Shown here one piece after another: positions 25,438 to 37,920 of a stretch of 64,000 nt of DNA. The stretch lies in contig CM030332.1 in assembly GCA_017654855.1 (NCBI GenBank), positions 3,348,001-3,412,000 of the forward strand. The letters are read 5' to 3'. Each line of letters opens with the position of its first letter. Position 1 is the first letter of the stretch. Under the pieces are notes generated by a model. The model searched no databases. It had not been told where the DNA came from and saw nothing but the letters and a program-made list of their open reading frames with translations. The translations under genes and the position numbers were made by a program. This stretch comes from Podospora anserina (taxonomy: Eukaryota).

Positions 25438-27394
25438 TCACATAGCAAACTCACACTCCCACGGCTCACCCTGCACGCAAAACTCCTGCGAAATCGGGCT
25501 CGCCCTCACCCCCCTCCTGACCAATCTCTCCCTAAACTCAGTAAGTCTAGGAAAAGCCTCAATCTGGCTCCTGTTCTGCCCGGTATTATCATCAACCCTC
25601 CCGGACCAAAGCACCTCCCCCGCCACGCTCGCCCTAGGCCAGACAATACCATCCAGATTCATCGGATCAATCGTCTCACTCCAAACCGCCACCTCCCCCC
25701 CAAGCACAAGCTTCGCCTCCTCCTCAGTAAGGTTGGCAGTAGGATCATGAGAGTAAATCAGCCCCCAAGACTTTGTCGGTCCGCACCAGTCATTAAACGG
25801 ATACCCCGTCTTGAAAGGCAGCCCATTCTCCCAGGTGATCCACTGCCCCCTTCCACAGTCGAGATACTACATCATCATGTCAGCCTTTACCCCCTTTTCT
25901 TTTTCTCTCCCTAATCAAAAAGAAAGAAAAACTCACCCAAAAATTATAATTACTATCAATAACCCTATGCCCCATCCCAACCAACTCCTTCACCGCCCCC
26001 GCCCCAAGCCAGCTCTGCACCACCGTCCCTTTTCCAAGTGTAACATTCCACTCCAAAGGAATCTCCTCCCACACCACCGGCGTCAGCCCCTTTTCCCTAA
26101 CCCTCTCATGCTGCTTATCAATAAACTTTTGCAGTAACGGCTGCAAAACCTCCGAACTATTCGACCTAATCCCCTCATCAAGCATAGAATCATTCCTATT
26201 CAACTCATCCCCCCCCGTGTGAAAATAAGCCGCGTACCTCTCCACCCTGGGCAAAAGATCATCAAACAACCTCCCCAAAAACTCGTCAACAGCCGTGTTG
26301 TTGAGCTTGAACGCCCCGCACGGCGGCTGGGCGCACCACCAGTGATACGGCTGCTCATTATACGCGACAATCAGTTCCGGATGCGACAGCGAGACGGAAC
26401 CAATATGCCCCGGCATGTCAATCTCGAAATAGACCTCCACCCCGCGGACGGCGCCGTATTTCTGGATTGATTCCACGTCGGAAGGGGAGTAAGTCTCGCT
26501 GGGGTGGTGTGCGCCTTTCTCGGAAAGTTCTGGCATTGATGGGATGACAAGAGGCCAGGATTGGGAGTCTGTGACGTGGATGTGGAGGCGGTTGAGTTTA
26601 CTCCAGGCCATGGCGTCGATTGTCCTGAGGATGTCCTCCACTGGGAAAAAATGGCGGGCCGTGTCGAGGAGGATGCCCCGGTGGGGGAACTTGGGGGAGT
26701 CGGTTATTGAGACGGGGGCGTAGGGGGTGTACCAGAATGTGCCTGATGAGTGCTGGTAGAAGAGCTGGGAAAAGGTTTCCAGGCCGCGGAGGATGCCGAT
26801 TGAGGAGACGGCTGTGAGTTTGGCGTGGCCGGATTTGCTTAGGGTCAGGTTGTAGGACTCGTCGACTTCGCCTGCTAGTGGCTTGAAGGCGGAGCGGTCG
26901 TCCGAGGCTGTCTGGATGATTTCGAGAGTTTGGAGCCATTCTAATTTGTCGAGGTCGGGTTCGTACTTCGTGTTTGGCTTGTGGAGGATCCAGGGGACAA
27001 ACTTGCTGTTGAATATCCCGGTGAGGGCTCTGGAGACGCCGGCTTGGACGATTTCCTTGCTGGTGAAGCCGGAGGGCGTGTAGCCGTAAGTGTAGGGGAT
27101 CTGTTGGAAGGCGAGGTTTTCAGTTAATACTTCCTCCTCTTGGCCATCATCATTTACGTCATCCGAGCAGTGAGCAGGGCATTCATGGGGCTGTGGCTCA
27201 GAGGAAGGAATGGAAGAGGAAGACCAGCGTACAAATGCACCGTTGTATGTGACTTCAATGTTCTGATTCAGAAACTGGACGCCATCTCCTTTGGTGAATT
27301 TTTGAGGGGCAGGCCATACAGCTGCTACAGGGTTGAGGAAGAGGGGGTATAGAAAGCAGAGAGCCGTCACGAGCGACGGCAAACGAGAAAACAT
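25438..27394 (-). CDS. GH20 beta-N-acetylhexosaminidase, secreted
   Basis: Signal peptide + VWPAPQ; DESYNL, GLETFSQL, HRGILLDTARHF, DSQSWP, EIDMPGH, catalytic HTGGDE, YLDCG, LGGEVAVWSE, WPRA. Confidence 0.95.
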
Positions 27395-28943
27395 GCTGGG
27401 TTGTATTGGAGGTGGGAATACCGCAGAGGTCGGGAATATTTGGGGGGAAAAGCAGGAGAAGGTGACCTTGAAGCTGCCTGTGGTGTTTTCAACCCCAAGG
27501 CAAACCAAGGGCAGGCGGGTGAAAGCAGGGACAGGGCAGGGCAGGCCAAGGCTGGAGAACAGAGGGAGCAGCAGGCTTTGGATGATGTTTATATAAATCA
27601 GAAATGGGCATTCAAGGGCTGGTCTTCCAATTCATGCATTCAATCGGTGTACCGCGAACGGGTATTCTGCCACACAGCCCGCGCCCGGATGGAGCTCCCG
27701 CATCCAATCAAGACTTGGTAGCACGGGATGATGGCACGGTGCAGGGCACCACAAGACCGACCCAGGTGTGCCAGTTGGTGTTGCTTCAGGTCTCAGCGGA
27801 ATTTTGTGGCGTCGATGCTACCTGGTTGTTAGAGTCCAGATGATGAAGAGTTGTGTTGATCCAAATCTTTGAAGCTGCTGTGAGGGGGCGCAACGTTACG
27901 TCTAAACCAGGTAGCTGCTCTCTTGTTGGGCAATAGGCCGTGTAAGTGCCGAAGGCCAAGTCTCAGCCGAAGCCACGTTAAGCAGCTTGCATGTGTTTTT
28001 CCCAAAGTCGAGATAACTTCAGGAAGAGGAAGAAGAAGATGGCATGTAGAATGTTTGTTTGCGGTACCCTGATTGCCTTGATGTACAGATGCGGGTCCCA
28101 ACCGAGACCTGCGGGGATCCTGATGACGATGATCACTGCCGGAGGGAGCTCTTCTCTGCCGGCCGAGATAGCTCCCATAGCCTACTTGATCAGTTGCTTA
28201 CAACTGAACCCTGACAGCTATAGGGGCACAGTTTATGCGCAGGCAGTTGACGGAAGTTGTTCCAGCCCCGTTCTATTTCAAGCAGGTGGTGGTGGCTGGG
28301 AAGACAGTGTGTAACTGACAGGAGGTAGAACTCGTAGAGATGCAGAAACGATAAGATAAGCTCACTGCTGAATAAGCACTACGAGTGAACTGGCACTTGC
28401 TCCCACTTTCTTCAATGACGCCATGGTCCGTGCCTTCTTATTCTTCCTCACTAGCCCGAGTCACGTGAAGGCCGCCACTGCGCCAAACACTCACCAGCCA
28501 CACAACTTGGAGAACTCATTCAGCCTGGTCGCGCAAGGTTCGGCTCACACAGTTGAATGATATTCGTAAAACTTTCCACCACATCCCCAACCACAAACGA
28601 ACGCTTCTTCCTGCGATTCAACTCCCTAGGACCCTCTTATTCATCAACCGAATAAATCCCCTCCTTCGCAAGCCTCGAAGGTTCTGCCCCGTATCAGTCA
28701 GCCCGCGCACCGAGCGGTCGCGTCTCGAAGCTCCGCTGTCTTTCAAAGGACTTCGCCGCTTCCATATCCACAGAGCCCATCCTCGACTTGGGCCCGAACC
28801 AACAACAACAAGCGATTTCATCTCTTCGCAACAACGGAACACCCCCGCCAGGGCAACTCTTGTCTTCTTTGCGACAGCCCGAACCATCGGTCCTTCATCA
28901 CCGAATTCCTCCTCTGCTAGCCTAACAGCAACACCACGCGACC

Positions 28944-30548
28944 ATGTCTATCGAAGTCGCGATCGGCACGCCTTTGGCGGATGCCCTTAACATGGCCATC
29001 CAGACAAAGATTGCTGAACTTGGATGGGCCGGTCCCGGCAACGAGGGTGCTTCCATGGCCGAGTATTTCGTTCTCATGCTCGCCAACGGCAAGTCAGAAG
29101 CCGAGGTTGCCAGCGAGATCTCCGGCGATCTACTAGGCTTGGGTCCCGAGGACCAGAGTGTGCCCGAGTTTTCAAGGTGGTTATTCGAGCAGGTCGCCGC
29201 TCTCAACAGCCAACTAGGCGCCCAGTCTGCGCAGCCTGCCACTGGAAACAACGAAATGGACACAGCCGGGGATGACACAATGGAGGGAACTTTTGATCTC
29301 AACATGGATACAGATGCGCCTGCCATCAATGCGTATGTTATTGTCCCTCTAACCAGCTCTAGAAATGGTTTGGCGACAGCTGCTAACAAAAGAGACAGAC
29401 CTACCGGGCCAAAAGCAATGCGCGCTGGCGCTCCCCTCCGCGGCGGCCGTGAGAAGCGTATGGTGGGCCACATCAACCGTGCGCTTGATCGATCAGGACA
29501 GGATGTTCTCCATCGTGTGCGCGGTCAGTCCGGAAGTGAGCGGATTGGGAGAGGCCCCCCACACGGACCGAGGATGGGAGTTGGGAGACAGCCAAGGACG
29601 ACAAACGCTCGCGCCACCAATATCGCCGCCGGGTTAGCCAACATGAACGGCATGCCTGGGCCCCCCGGACCTATGGGACCGATGAACGGAATGAATCCCA
29701 TGAACGGCGTTGGTAGCTTTGTGCCACCCGACCTGTACGCGATAATGGAACAGCAAAACCGCATGCTCCAGCAAATGCAGAATCAGCTCATGTTGCAGCA
29801 ACAGCAGAATGGCAATGGGCGTGGCAAGCCTTTCGACCGCAACAACCGAGGGAACCAGTTCCGCCGTGGCGGCGGCCACTTCAACGGCCACAACACACAC
29901 CATCATCAACAACAACAACAACAGCAGCAGCAGTCCTCGGAAGGGGCCCAGGACGAGACAGCACAGCAAGGCGAAGACGTTGAGATGGGCGGGGCCAAGC
30001 GTGAGGCTCCCAACCCCGAAGAGACAGTATGCCGTTACAACCTGCGGTGCGGCAATAAGGATTGCAAGTTCGCCCATCAGTCTCCGGCAGCACCTCCCAA
30101 CACCACGGTGGACGTCACGGATACTTGCAGCTTTGGGGTAGCGTGCAAGAACTGGAAGTGCACTGGTCGGCATCCCTCGCCAGCCAGCAAGATGGCACAC
30201 CAGAGCGAACAAGACTGCAAATTCTTCCCCAACTGCTCCAACCCCCATTGCACCTTCCGCCACCCAGCCTTCCCCGCGTGTCGCAACGGCGGCGAGTGCA
30301 AGATTCCAAATTGCAAGTTTACGCACGTCAAGACAGCCTGCAAATTCCACCCCTGCACCAACCGGAACTGCCCCTTCCTGCACGAGGAAGGACAGCGGGG
30401 GACTTTCCAGGACAAGGTCTGGACGGCGGACGGGTCAAAAGAACATGTCAGCGATCGCAAGTTTGTGGAGGAGAACAGGCCGGAGGACCTCGTGCTTCCC
30501 GGGTCAGAACATCCAGACGATGCTGCTTCTCCAGAGGTGGTAGTCTAA
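28944..30548 (+). CDS. nab2: Nuclear poly(A) RNA-binding protein Nab2/ZC3H14 family
   Basis: N-terminal PWI-like region (AEYFVLMLANGKS), PTGP and RGG/Q-rich middle, tandem CCCH zinc fingers (CRYNLRCGNKDCKFAH, CKFFPNCSNPHCTFRH etc.). Confidence 0.88.
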   Translation: MSIEVAIGTPLADALNMAIQTKIAELGWAGPGNEGASMAEYFVLMLANGKSEAEVASEISGDLLGLGPEDQSVPEFSRWLFEQVAALNSQLGAQSAQPATGNNEMDTAGDDTMEGTFDLNMDTDAPAINAYVIVPLTSSRNGLATAANKRDRPTGPKAMRAGAPLRGGREKRMVGHINRALDRSGQDVLHRVRGQSGSERIGRGPPHGPRMGVGRQPRTTNARATNIAAGLANMNGMPGPPGPMGPMNGMNPMNGVGSFVPPDLYAIMEQQNRMLQQMQNQLMLQQQQNGNGRGKPFDRNNRGNQFRRGGGHFNGHNTHHHQQQQQQQQQSSEGAQDETAQQGEDVEMGGAKREAPNPEETVCRYNLRCGNKDCKFAHQSPAAPPNTTVDVTDTCSFGVACKNWKCTGRHPSPASKMAHQSEQDCKFFPNCSNPHCTFRHPAFPACRNGGECKIPNCKFTHVKTACKFHPCTNRNCPFLHEEGQRGTFQDKVWTADGSKEHVSDRKFVEENRPEDLVLPGSEHPDDAASPEVVV

Positions 30549-31028
30549 GAGTTTGGGAGAGAGGAGGAAGGGGAGGAATACGGGGTATGGCAGACGGGCA
30601 AGAACGGAGGAATACCCCTGGGAATGTGTGGGTGGGGGGGAAACCTGTTCGTATTGTACTTGTATTATAGGAAACCACACCGGCGTTTAAGGGCAGCATG
30701 TTTGGAATCCGTAGAAGAGCGGTTTATACAGGATGAAACATAATGATAGGATTGTGAAGCGGGCAAAACATGGTTTCTTATCGAGTGATTTGCTTAATTC
30801 CAGTGAATACCGAAATTTCAATTTGATGTCCCAAAATGACGGAGAGCTCCATTTTTTTTTAATCCGGTAACCCACACGCCACCTTCCTCTCACGTATCCG
30901 AATGGTGATTTGATGTTCACTTTGAGCGTTTCCACCATTGCCGACCACGCCCGCCGATATCTCTCTTGAAAGCTTGCTTCGTCAGGACGCCTGGTATGTG
31001 AGATGCAGTCGTCGAGTAACTCATCATC

Positions 31029-33097
31029 ATGCTCGCCACTAGCCAGCGCTGCTTGGCGCGAAGCCAACGCTTGATCACATCCTCTCATCTCTCAAGCTCA
31101 CTCCGCTCATCATCGCCACCGAGATACAGCCGCCTTTTGTCTACCACCTCGGTCAGGAGGCAATCGAACCATGGTGACGTCGATGGGTTGCCGACCATAT
31201 TCGACAGGCCGCCCGCGTCAGTTGCGGTTCTGGGAGGCGGGCTGACGGGTCTGGCGACTGCGTTTTGGTTGGCGTGGTGGCATCCGCAGATGAAGATCAC
31301 GATATACGAGGCGAGCAACCGGCTTGGTGGGTGGATCGATTCGGAGGAGGTCAAGGTGAAGGGGCTGACTGGGGAGAAGGGGAGTGTGTGGTTTCAGAGG
31401 GGGGCGAGGATGGTCAACCCGCAGCATTCGAAGGGGCCGTTGTATCGGTACGATGATTTGGCGTTTTATCTCCTGGTACGTAAGAATATCTTTGTGTGGA
31501 AGTTGTTTGGGTGGGGATGGGATGGGAAACTGATGATGGAGTGAGTGTGTTGTAGGTTACCCAACTGGGGTTATCTGAGCAGCTCCAGAACGCGCCTGAG
31601 ACGGAGGTTATGGGAAAGTATATTTACTACCCTGACCATTTGGTTCAGCTCCCGGACAAGTCCATGACCCTGCTGGAAGTATGGCAGACTTTGAGAAAGG
31701 AACCGCTTTTCGAGGGGTTGTTTCCGTCGCTCTGGAGCTTTGGGAAGACGAGGTTACGGCAACTTTTTACCAGCACTCTCAAGCCTCCTACACAGGATGC
31801 TCACTCGAAGAACGAACTCTCGGTGGGGGAACACTTTACGAAAATGTTTGGACGCCCCGACTTGGTCGAGAATGTCCTTTCGGCGGTCATGCACGGCATC
31901 TATGGTGGTGACGTCTGGAAGCTGAGCGTGCAGAGGACGCCGTTTTGGGATGTCCTCAAGGACGGGAGATACCCCCGGTTACCTCCAGCGTACACCTGGC
32001 TCGATACCCCAGATGCCGAGCTGCTGAACTGGGTACGGAGAGATGCATGCAGGGAACTGGCCGAGGACCATCTCACCACTTCGGCGCATTGGTTCCCTTC
32101 TGGCCTCAACGAGCTGACGGACGCGCTGGTGGAGTTTTTGAAGAAGCGGGGAAATGTCACGATTAGGTTGGGCCATCGGGTTACGTCCATGACATATGCC
32201 GCCAAGGCGGATCGTGTCGCTATCAGGACGTCCAAACAGCCGACCCCGATCACGTACGAAAAGGTCATCTCGACGCTCTACGCCAAAACACTCGCGGATA
32301 TCTGCTCCCCTGGCACCCTCCCCTCGTTGGAGAAATCAACCGCGACGACCATCCGGGTGGTGAACCTGTGGTATCCAGAACCAGGCCTCAACCACCCACA
32401 CAAGGGCTTTGGATATCTCATCCCACAATCTGTCCCGTTTGAAGAAAACAGACATTTCATCCTGGGGGTGATGTTCGACTCGGACAGGGAATGGGTTCCG
32501 AACCCCCACCGGCCGGGGCAGTACATCAACCGAGGCAAGGACACGATCAGGGGAACGAAACTTACCGTCATGATGGGGGGCCACTACTGGGACCACCTCC
32601 CCCCGCATGAAATCCCCGACGAGCAAACTGCCATTAGATACGCGAAGAAAGCTGTGGCGAGACACCTCGGCTTTTCGAGAGCGACGAATGACACTGCTGT
32701 TGTCAGCACGAAGCTCTGTAAGGATTGCATCCCTCAGCAGCTTGTCGGTCACCGGGAGCGGATGAAGGCTGCGCATGAGGAGTTGCTGGCGGCGTTTAGG
32801 GGACGGGTTGCTGTCGCGGGGGGGTCATATCAGGTGCCGGGGGTGCTGCCGTCTATTAGGGCGGCGCTGGATATTGCTAGGCAGATTAGGGGGAGTTTTC
32901 ACTGGCAGGATGCGACTAGGGCGGTGGAGACAAAGTCGATTACGGTGGGGGATACGGGGTTGTGGAGGTTTGCGGCGCCAGTGAGGTCGATGGTTAGGGT
33001 TGATAAATCGGGGTTTACGGCGTTGAGGGGGCATGATAGGAGGCTGGCGATTATAAGGAGGAAGCGTGCGGAGTCTGAGAGGGAGAGGGAGGAGTGA
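31029..33097 (+). CDS. hem14: Protoporphyrinogen oxidase (HemY/Hem14-like), mitochondrial
   Basis: Mitochondrial-type presequence, FAD motif VAVLGGGLTGL, YEASNRLGGWI, YIYYPDHLV, HGIYGGD, GFGYLIP, LGVMFDS, LTVMMGG, CIPQ; intron ~31476-31555. Confidence 0.87.
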
Positions 33098-33332
33098 GTG
33101 AGTGGGAGGGTGGTGGTGGGTTTAAAAGAGGAGGGTGGAAAATTAGGTGGGGAGCGAGCGAGGCGCGTGGGAGATAGATAAGGGGGGTTTGGAAAAATGG
33201 GAATGTGTATTGATAGGTTATGGGATAAATATATATAGATTTTGTTAATTTCTTTTGCTCTTGGGGTGGTTGTTGGGAAGGTGTCGTGATATGAACAAGG
33301 AGGTTGGTTGTGTCAATATGGGAGAAAAACAA

Positions 33333-33699
33333 GAGGGAACCATTACGGTGCCCCCTGTTTATCTTACCAGCGCCCCCCTCCTTATCTACCGATTTACTTA
33401 CCCTTCTTGTAATATAGTAAAAGGCCTTAAAAGATAATTCAAAGGCCTTTGAATTATCTTGTAAAGCCTCTTAACTATCTTGTAAAGCCTCTTAACTATC
33501 TTGTAAAGCCTCTTAACTATCTTCTAAAGCCTCTTAACTATCTTTTAAAGCCTCTTAACTATCTTTTAAGGCTTATTACATATACTTTAACACTTAATAA
33601 CTATCCTTTGAAATATAATTAAATCCTATATTAATGGTTGAGGGGGAAGGGGGAGGGGGCATTGGTTAGATAAACAGGGGCCTCCGTAAAGGTTCTCCC
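33333..33699. mobile_element. MITE-like non-autonomous DNA transposon (imperfect ~45-bp TIRs, 8-bp TSD)
   Basis: Left end gagggaaccattacggtgccccctgtttatcttaccagcgcccccc matches the reverse complement of the right end (gggagaacctttacggaggcccctgtttatctaaccaatgccccc); AAAAACAA flanks both ends (33325-33332, 33700-33707); AT/TpA-rich interior, no ORF of note. Confidence 0.85.
33455..33570. repeat. 21-bp tandem repeat, 5 full copies plus a partial
   Basis: Unit TATCTTGTAAAGCCTCTTAAC with single substitutions, inside the MITE. Confidence 0.95.
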
Positions 33700-34396
33700 A
33701 AAAACAAAGAGAAAAAGGAGCAAAAGGTGAAGATCACCTAAATTACACAGGTGTCAATACCCATCACAGCTCAAGCAAAATACCTCCCAGAACTAAATTT
33801 CAATTATGGGGGAAAAAATACCAAGAGACAGACGAGCGTCGAGAAAAGAAAATACTTTTCTTTCGCCCTCATCTTCACACTCACACCCACACAAACACCG
33901 ATAAATCTCACATCGCTCATCATCACATAACAACCACACCCATCCAACAGGCATGTATAAAATAAAATCTCCCATAAAAACTCCGCTTTGGTATCATGTT
34001 CTAATTTTACCAAACATCATCATCAAACAACATCAACCCTCGCCAATGACCAAACTCATGTTATGAATCTCCTTTATTCATCTTCTCTCTTGATCGCCCC
34101 CAATGGCGATGCCATGCCATGCCACACGTTTGCAATGAATGCATATACCTTCCCTCCAGAACTTTCTTCGGGGGTGTCAAAAAAAAAGTCTTTATAAACA
34201 CAAAACCAAAACATGCCACCACCCTCAAAAGCATAAAAAGATGTTTGTTCCCGCGGTTTATTCATCTCCGCTTTTTTGCTATGCCCCCCACCCCCAAACC
34301 CCCTTAACAGCAACGTATTCGCTTTTTTGCTACTTATCGCTGATGCCAGTGATTTCAAGTCCTAACCCCATCCCAACCTCCCCCGCGTGCCAACAT

Positions 34397-37300
34397 CTAA
34401 TCCAACACGAGCGCATTGGCCATACTACTCCCATAACCACCCTGTTGATTAGTTCCCCCTTGCCTCCCTTGCTGACCCTGCCCCGACGCTCCCCGGTTCA
34501 TCATATTCGCCTGTGGAATCACCGGTTGCGGAGGAGGAGGACCACCAGTCATATTCGCCGCCGGCTGCATCTGCTGCTGCTGCCTCTGCTGCATCTGCTG
34601 CTGAAACCTCGCCGCCTGCGCCTGCTGGAACTGCTGCTGCGGTGTCGGTTGCGGAGGAGCGCCCTGATGGTGCGGCAGCTGTTGCTGAGGTCCCCCAACA
34701 GCAACACCCCTAACAACCTCATCCACCAACCCAACAATCTCCTCCACCCCCTCCAAGCTCGCCGCCGCCCCCGTCGTCAACCCCTTCCACCCGTTCCCCT
34801 TTTCGTTCCAAACCTTCTCCACCAGCACCTTCTGAAACTCGTCATTTTGTTCAGGTGGAGGTGGTTTGGAAGAAGAAGAATCCGGGGAATCAACCACCCT
34901 CGACAAACTCCACATCAACGTCCCCTGCCTCCTCCTCGGCTTCACCTCCACGTTCACCTTCCTCCCTTGCACCACCCACCGAATCGTCACCCAGTTCAGC
35001 CCCCTGTGCAGCACTGTGACCACCACCCCCGGTTGCTCTACACCACCCAACTTCTCCAGCGCCCGATAGAGCGGTAGACTCAGCACCAGCCACGACGGTA
35101 GATTCTCAAAGTCAGGCGAGTTGGCCATTTCCCTAATGTAGTCAATAACCGGGTAGTGGGGATTGCCCCTTTCGAGATCAACCTTCACCCCCCGTTCTTT
35201 TGTCAGGTCGAGGCGGACTCTCCACGGTCGATGTTGTTGTTGTCGGGTATTGTTCGGTGCTTGCTGTTCAGGACTTTCCGTCGGGACGCTATCAGTATAA
35301 GTAAACACCACCTCCCTCAGCGTCACACTCTGGTGAACCACCGCCTTCCCAGCCCTCCCAATCGCCTCAACAAGCTCAATCAGTTTATCCAGCGCCTGGA
35401 TCCGGGACGTAAGCAGCGTTATGACCGTCGCCCCCATCTCCCCTCTCAGCCTCAATGAAAACTGCCCGATATTCGGGTTATAGTTGACGTCATGGTCGAC
35501 ATTCCCCTTCAAAAACTGAAACCTTTTCCGGTTCGTCACTGTGAGTTTCGCCTCGGCGATTATCTTCATCGGGCTATCCGCCTGGACACCCTTGAAGACG
35601 ATAGGGATGTACTCCTGAGCCCAGCACAGCCCACGACCACCACCCTTGGGGCCTAGCATGTCTGACAACCGGACATACACCGTCGGCATCTTGATCTGCG
35701 CAGGAAGACTGTAGTTGACAGCCTCGCGAGTGGTGTGAGCCATGCGCTTACTATGGAGCTCACGGAGATCGGTGATTTGCGCAATCATGCCGGTCGCATA
35801 AAGGGTAAGGTTCTCAAAAAACTGATCCGAAAGGCGGAGCTGCTCGGTGGCCATGGGCATCTTGGTGTACATCTTGACCCGGGTGCCGGTTGCGCCTGGC
35901 CGTTGTTGTTGTTGGGGGTTAGGACTTTGATCATGTTAGTATAACGCTCGCATTGTCAGAGACGAACGGCCAGAAAAAAACTCACATTTCAACCAGCCAC
36001 CACTGGTCCCCGCCAAGGCTCATGCTCATAAAAATGAACCATTGCGGGTTCCAGCCCACCTTCTTCATCCACACCGTCTGGAACGGCTCCCTCGTCGACG
36101 GAGGACCAGAGTAGACAATGGATTTCATCTCGTCCATACTGAGCGGCGACCCTCTCGACACCATCCACCGAATGCTCTTAGCCCTGCTCATCAAGGCAGT
36201 GGTCACATAGTGGCAGCGCAACAGTTCCAACAGATTCGCACCCTCCTCGGCCGGGTTCGCAAACGTGTTCAGCCTCCTCTGTACGTCCGCCGCCATCGGT
36301 GACTGAGCCTGCAGGGTAAACGCCCCTGTGTAAAGATCCATGCCCACGGTAACATCCTTGTCATCGAGGACCTGCATCCTAAGTGTAAAGTCCCCGGGTG
36401 TCTTCCTGGACCCGCACAGCGTAAGCCTCCCCTGCTTATGAGTAAACCGAGGCTTGCTCGCAAGCTTGTTGTACATGGACGACAGCATGTGCTCAATATG
36501 CCTCGAGATGACAGCCTCCAAGAGACTATCCATGCTGATATTGTCCACGTCAAAGCTAATGTCAAAGTCCTTGACCTCGACACCGTCACGGAACCAACGA
36601 AGGGTGATGTAACTCGGGTGTTTCGGATCTGGCCTTCCATCCTCGCCTTTACTGCTGTTCACCCCGAGAATAATCCAACTCTTGTTGCCCTTGGAATGAG
36701 GACGGTTGGCCCAGTAGTGGACGGCCACAGCACGATTCAGCCGCTCGACTTGCAAGCAGTCAGCCCACCTGCCCGCTCGCAATTGCCAAGCCTGACGGGT
36801 GAACTCCCCGATTTTGGCGGTCAAGGTAAGGTCGTGAAGGTAGTTGTAAGCGCCCAGCAACCCATCGGTCCCCAAGGCGTTGTTTATTTTCGTTTCGGCA
36901 GCCAACCGGGCTTGCTCCGAGAGTGGCGGTGGTGTTGGTTGATAAGTCATTCTCAAATCAATGAACCAGAACTGCTTCTCAAAGTCATCGTCCCCAATCG
37001 TCAAGTCAACCTCGAATTCACCCGGGATAGAGAACGTGGCGACACCAGAGTCGATTTTGTAATCAGCAAATGGCGCTGGTATCCTTTCAAATTCTTCAAG
37101 GCTGAGTCTGGCGCTCAAGAGGGTGTTGACCTCCTCAATCCAGGCATCCGATTCCTCGGGTGTGATTTCTGGAAGTGGCAGATAGTCAAACTGCAGCAAG
37201 GTCATGTTAACATCGCCAGAATACGCTTCATCTCAACATAATAATACTTACGTCAGGCATCCAATGGATTTTCGGGCGGGCAAGAACCTCAAGCGCAGTC

Positions 37301-37920
37301 TTGAGATCTGGACTCGGAATCTTGGCCCACAACATATCCTGCTTCGTCTTGATCATTTCCCAGATCGTCACGCTAAACAACTCGAGCTTGCTCGCCAGAT
37401 GAGTCCTGATGTCGATGAGCTTCCCAACCTGGTCCGCCTTTTTACTCCATTCCGTCAGAACCAGAGCTTTAACCCATCGTGTGTGCAGATCCTGTATGAA
37501 ATTGAGAAGCATCCTCTTCTTCTCCAAACTTTCCGGCGAAGTATCCTCCTGTGTGGTGGGGTGGTAGTTGCCGTTTCCATTGGACAGGTTCTGCGGTAAT
37601 GGCATCGACTCAAGCCGTAAGATCTGGTCTTGAAGGGCCCCGTGCGAGTATTGCGCCAGCCGTGAAAGCAGCATGTTGAGCGGTATTATCTCGGCCGTGA
37701 TGTGCTGGAGCTCGTCTGGTAGTTCCTCCAGCTTCACCTGTGGCCCATTGCCAGCATACCCAGCCTCCATCCCCGAACCGCCAGCAACCCCCTTGCCTTT
37801 TTCCGAACGGTGCTCCTGCTTGATATTGTCCCCATTCACGCCGTTCGTCCACCCCTCTCTGTCGTGATTGCTGCGCACGCCATTCTGTGTACCATTTTCC
37901 ATCCTGAACGCGCCCGCCAT
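34397..37920 (-). CDS. med14: Mediator complex subunit 14 (Rgr1)
   Basis: LPDELQHIT..IPL..LLSRLAQ, KKRMLLNF..WVKALVL, AKIPSPDLKTALEVL, YKIDSG.ATFSIPGEFEVDLTIGDDD...FWFID; three exons in ORFs 37228-38088, 35982-37205, 34397-35872; Q-rich C-terminus. Confidence 0.9.

Noticed and set aside
33455-33570. Repeat array as a CRISPR-like locus
   Set aside because: Units are contiguous with no spacers, and the context is a eukaryotic TIR element.
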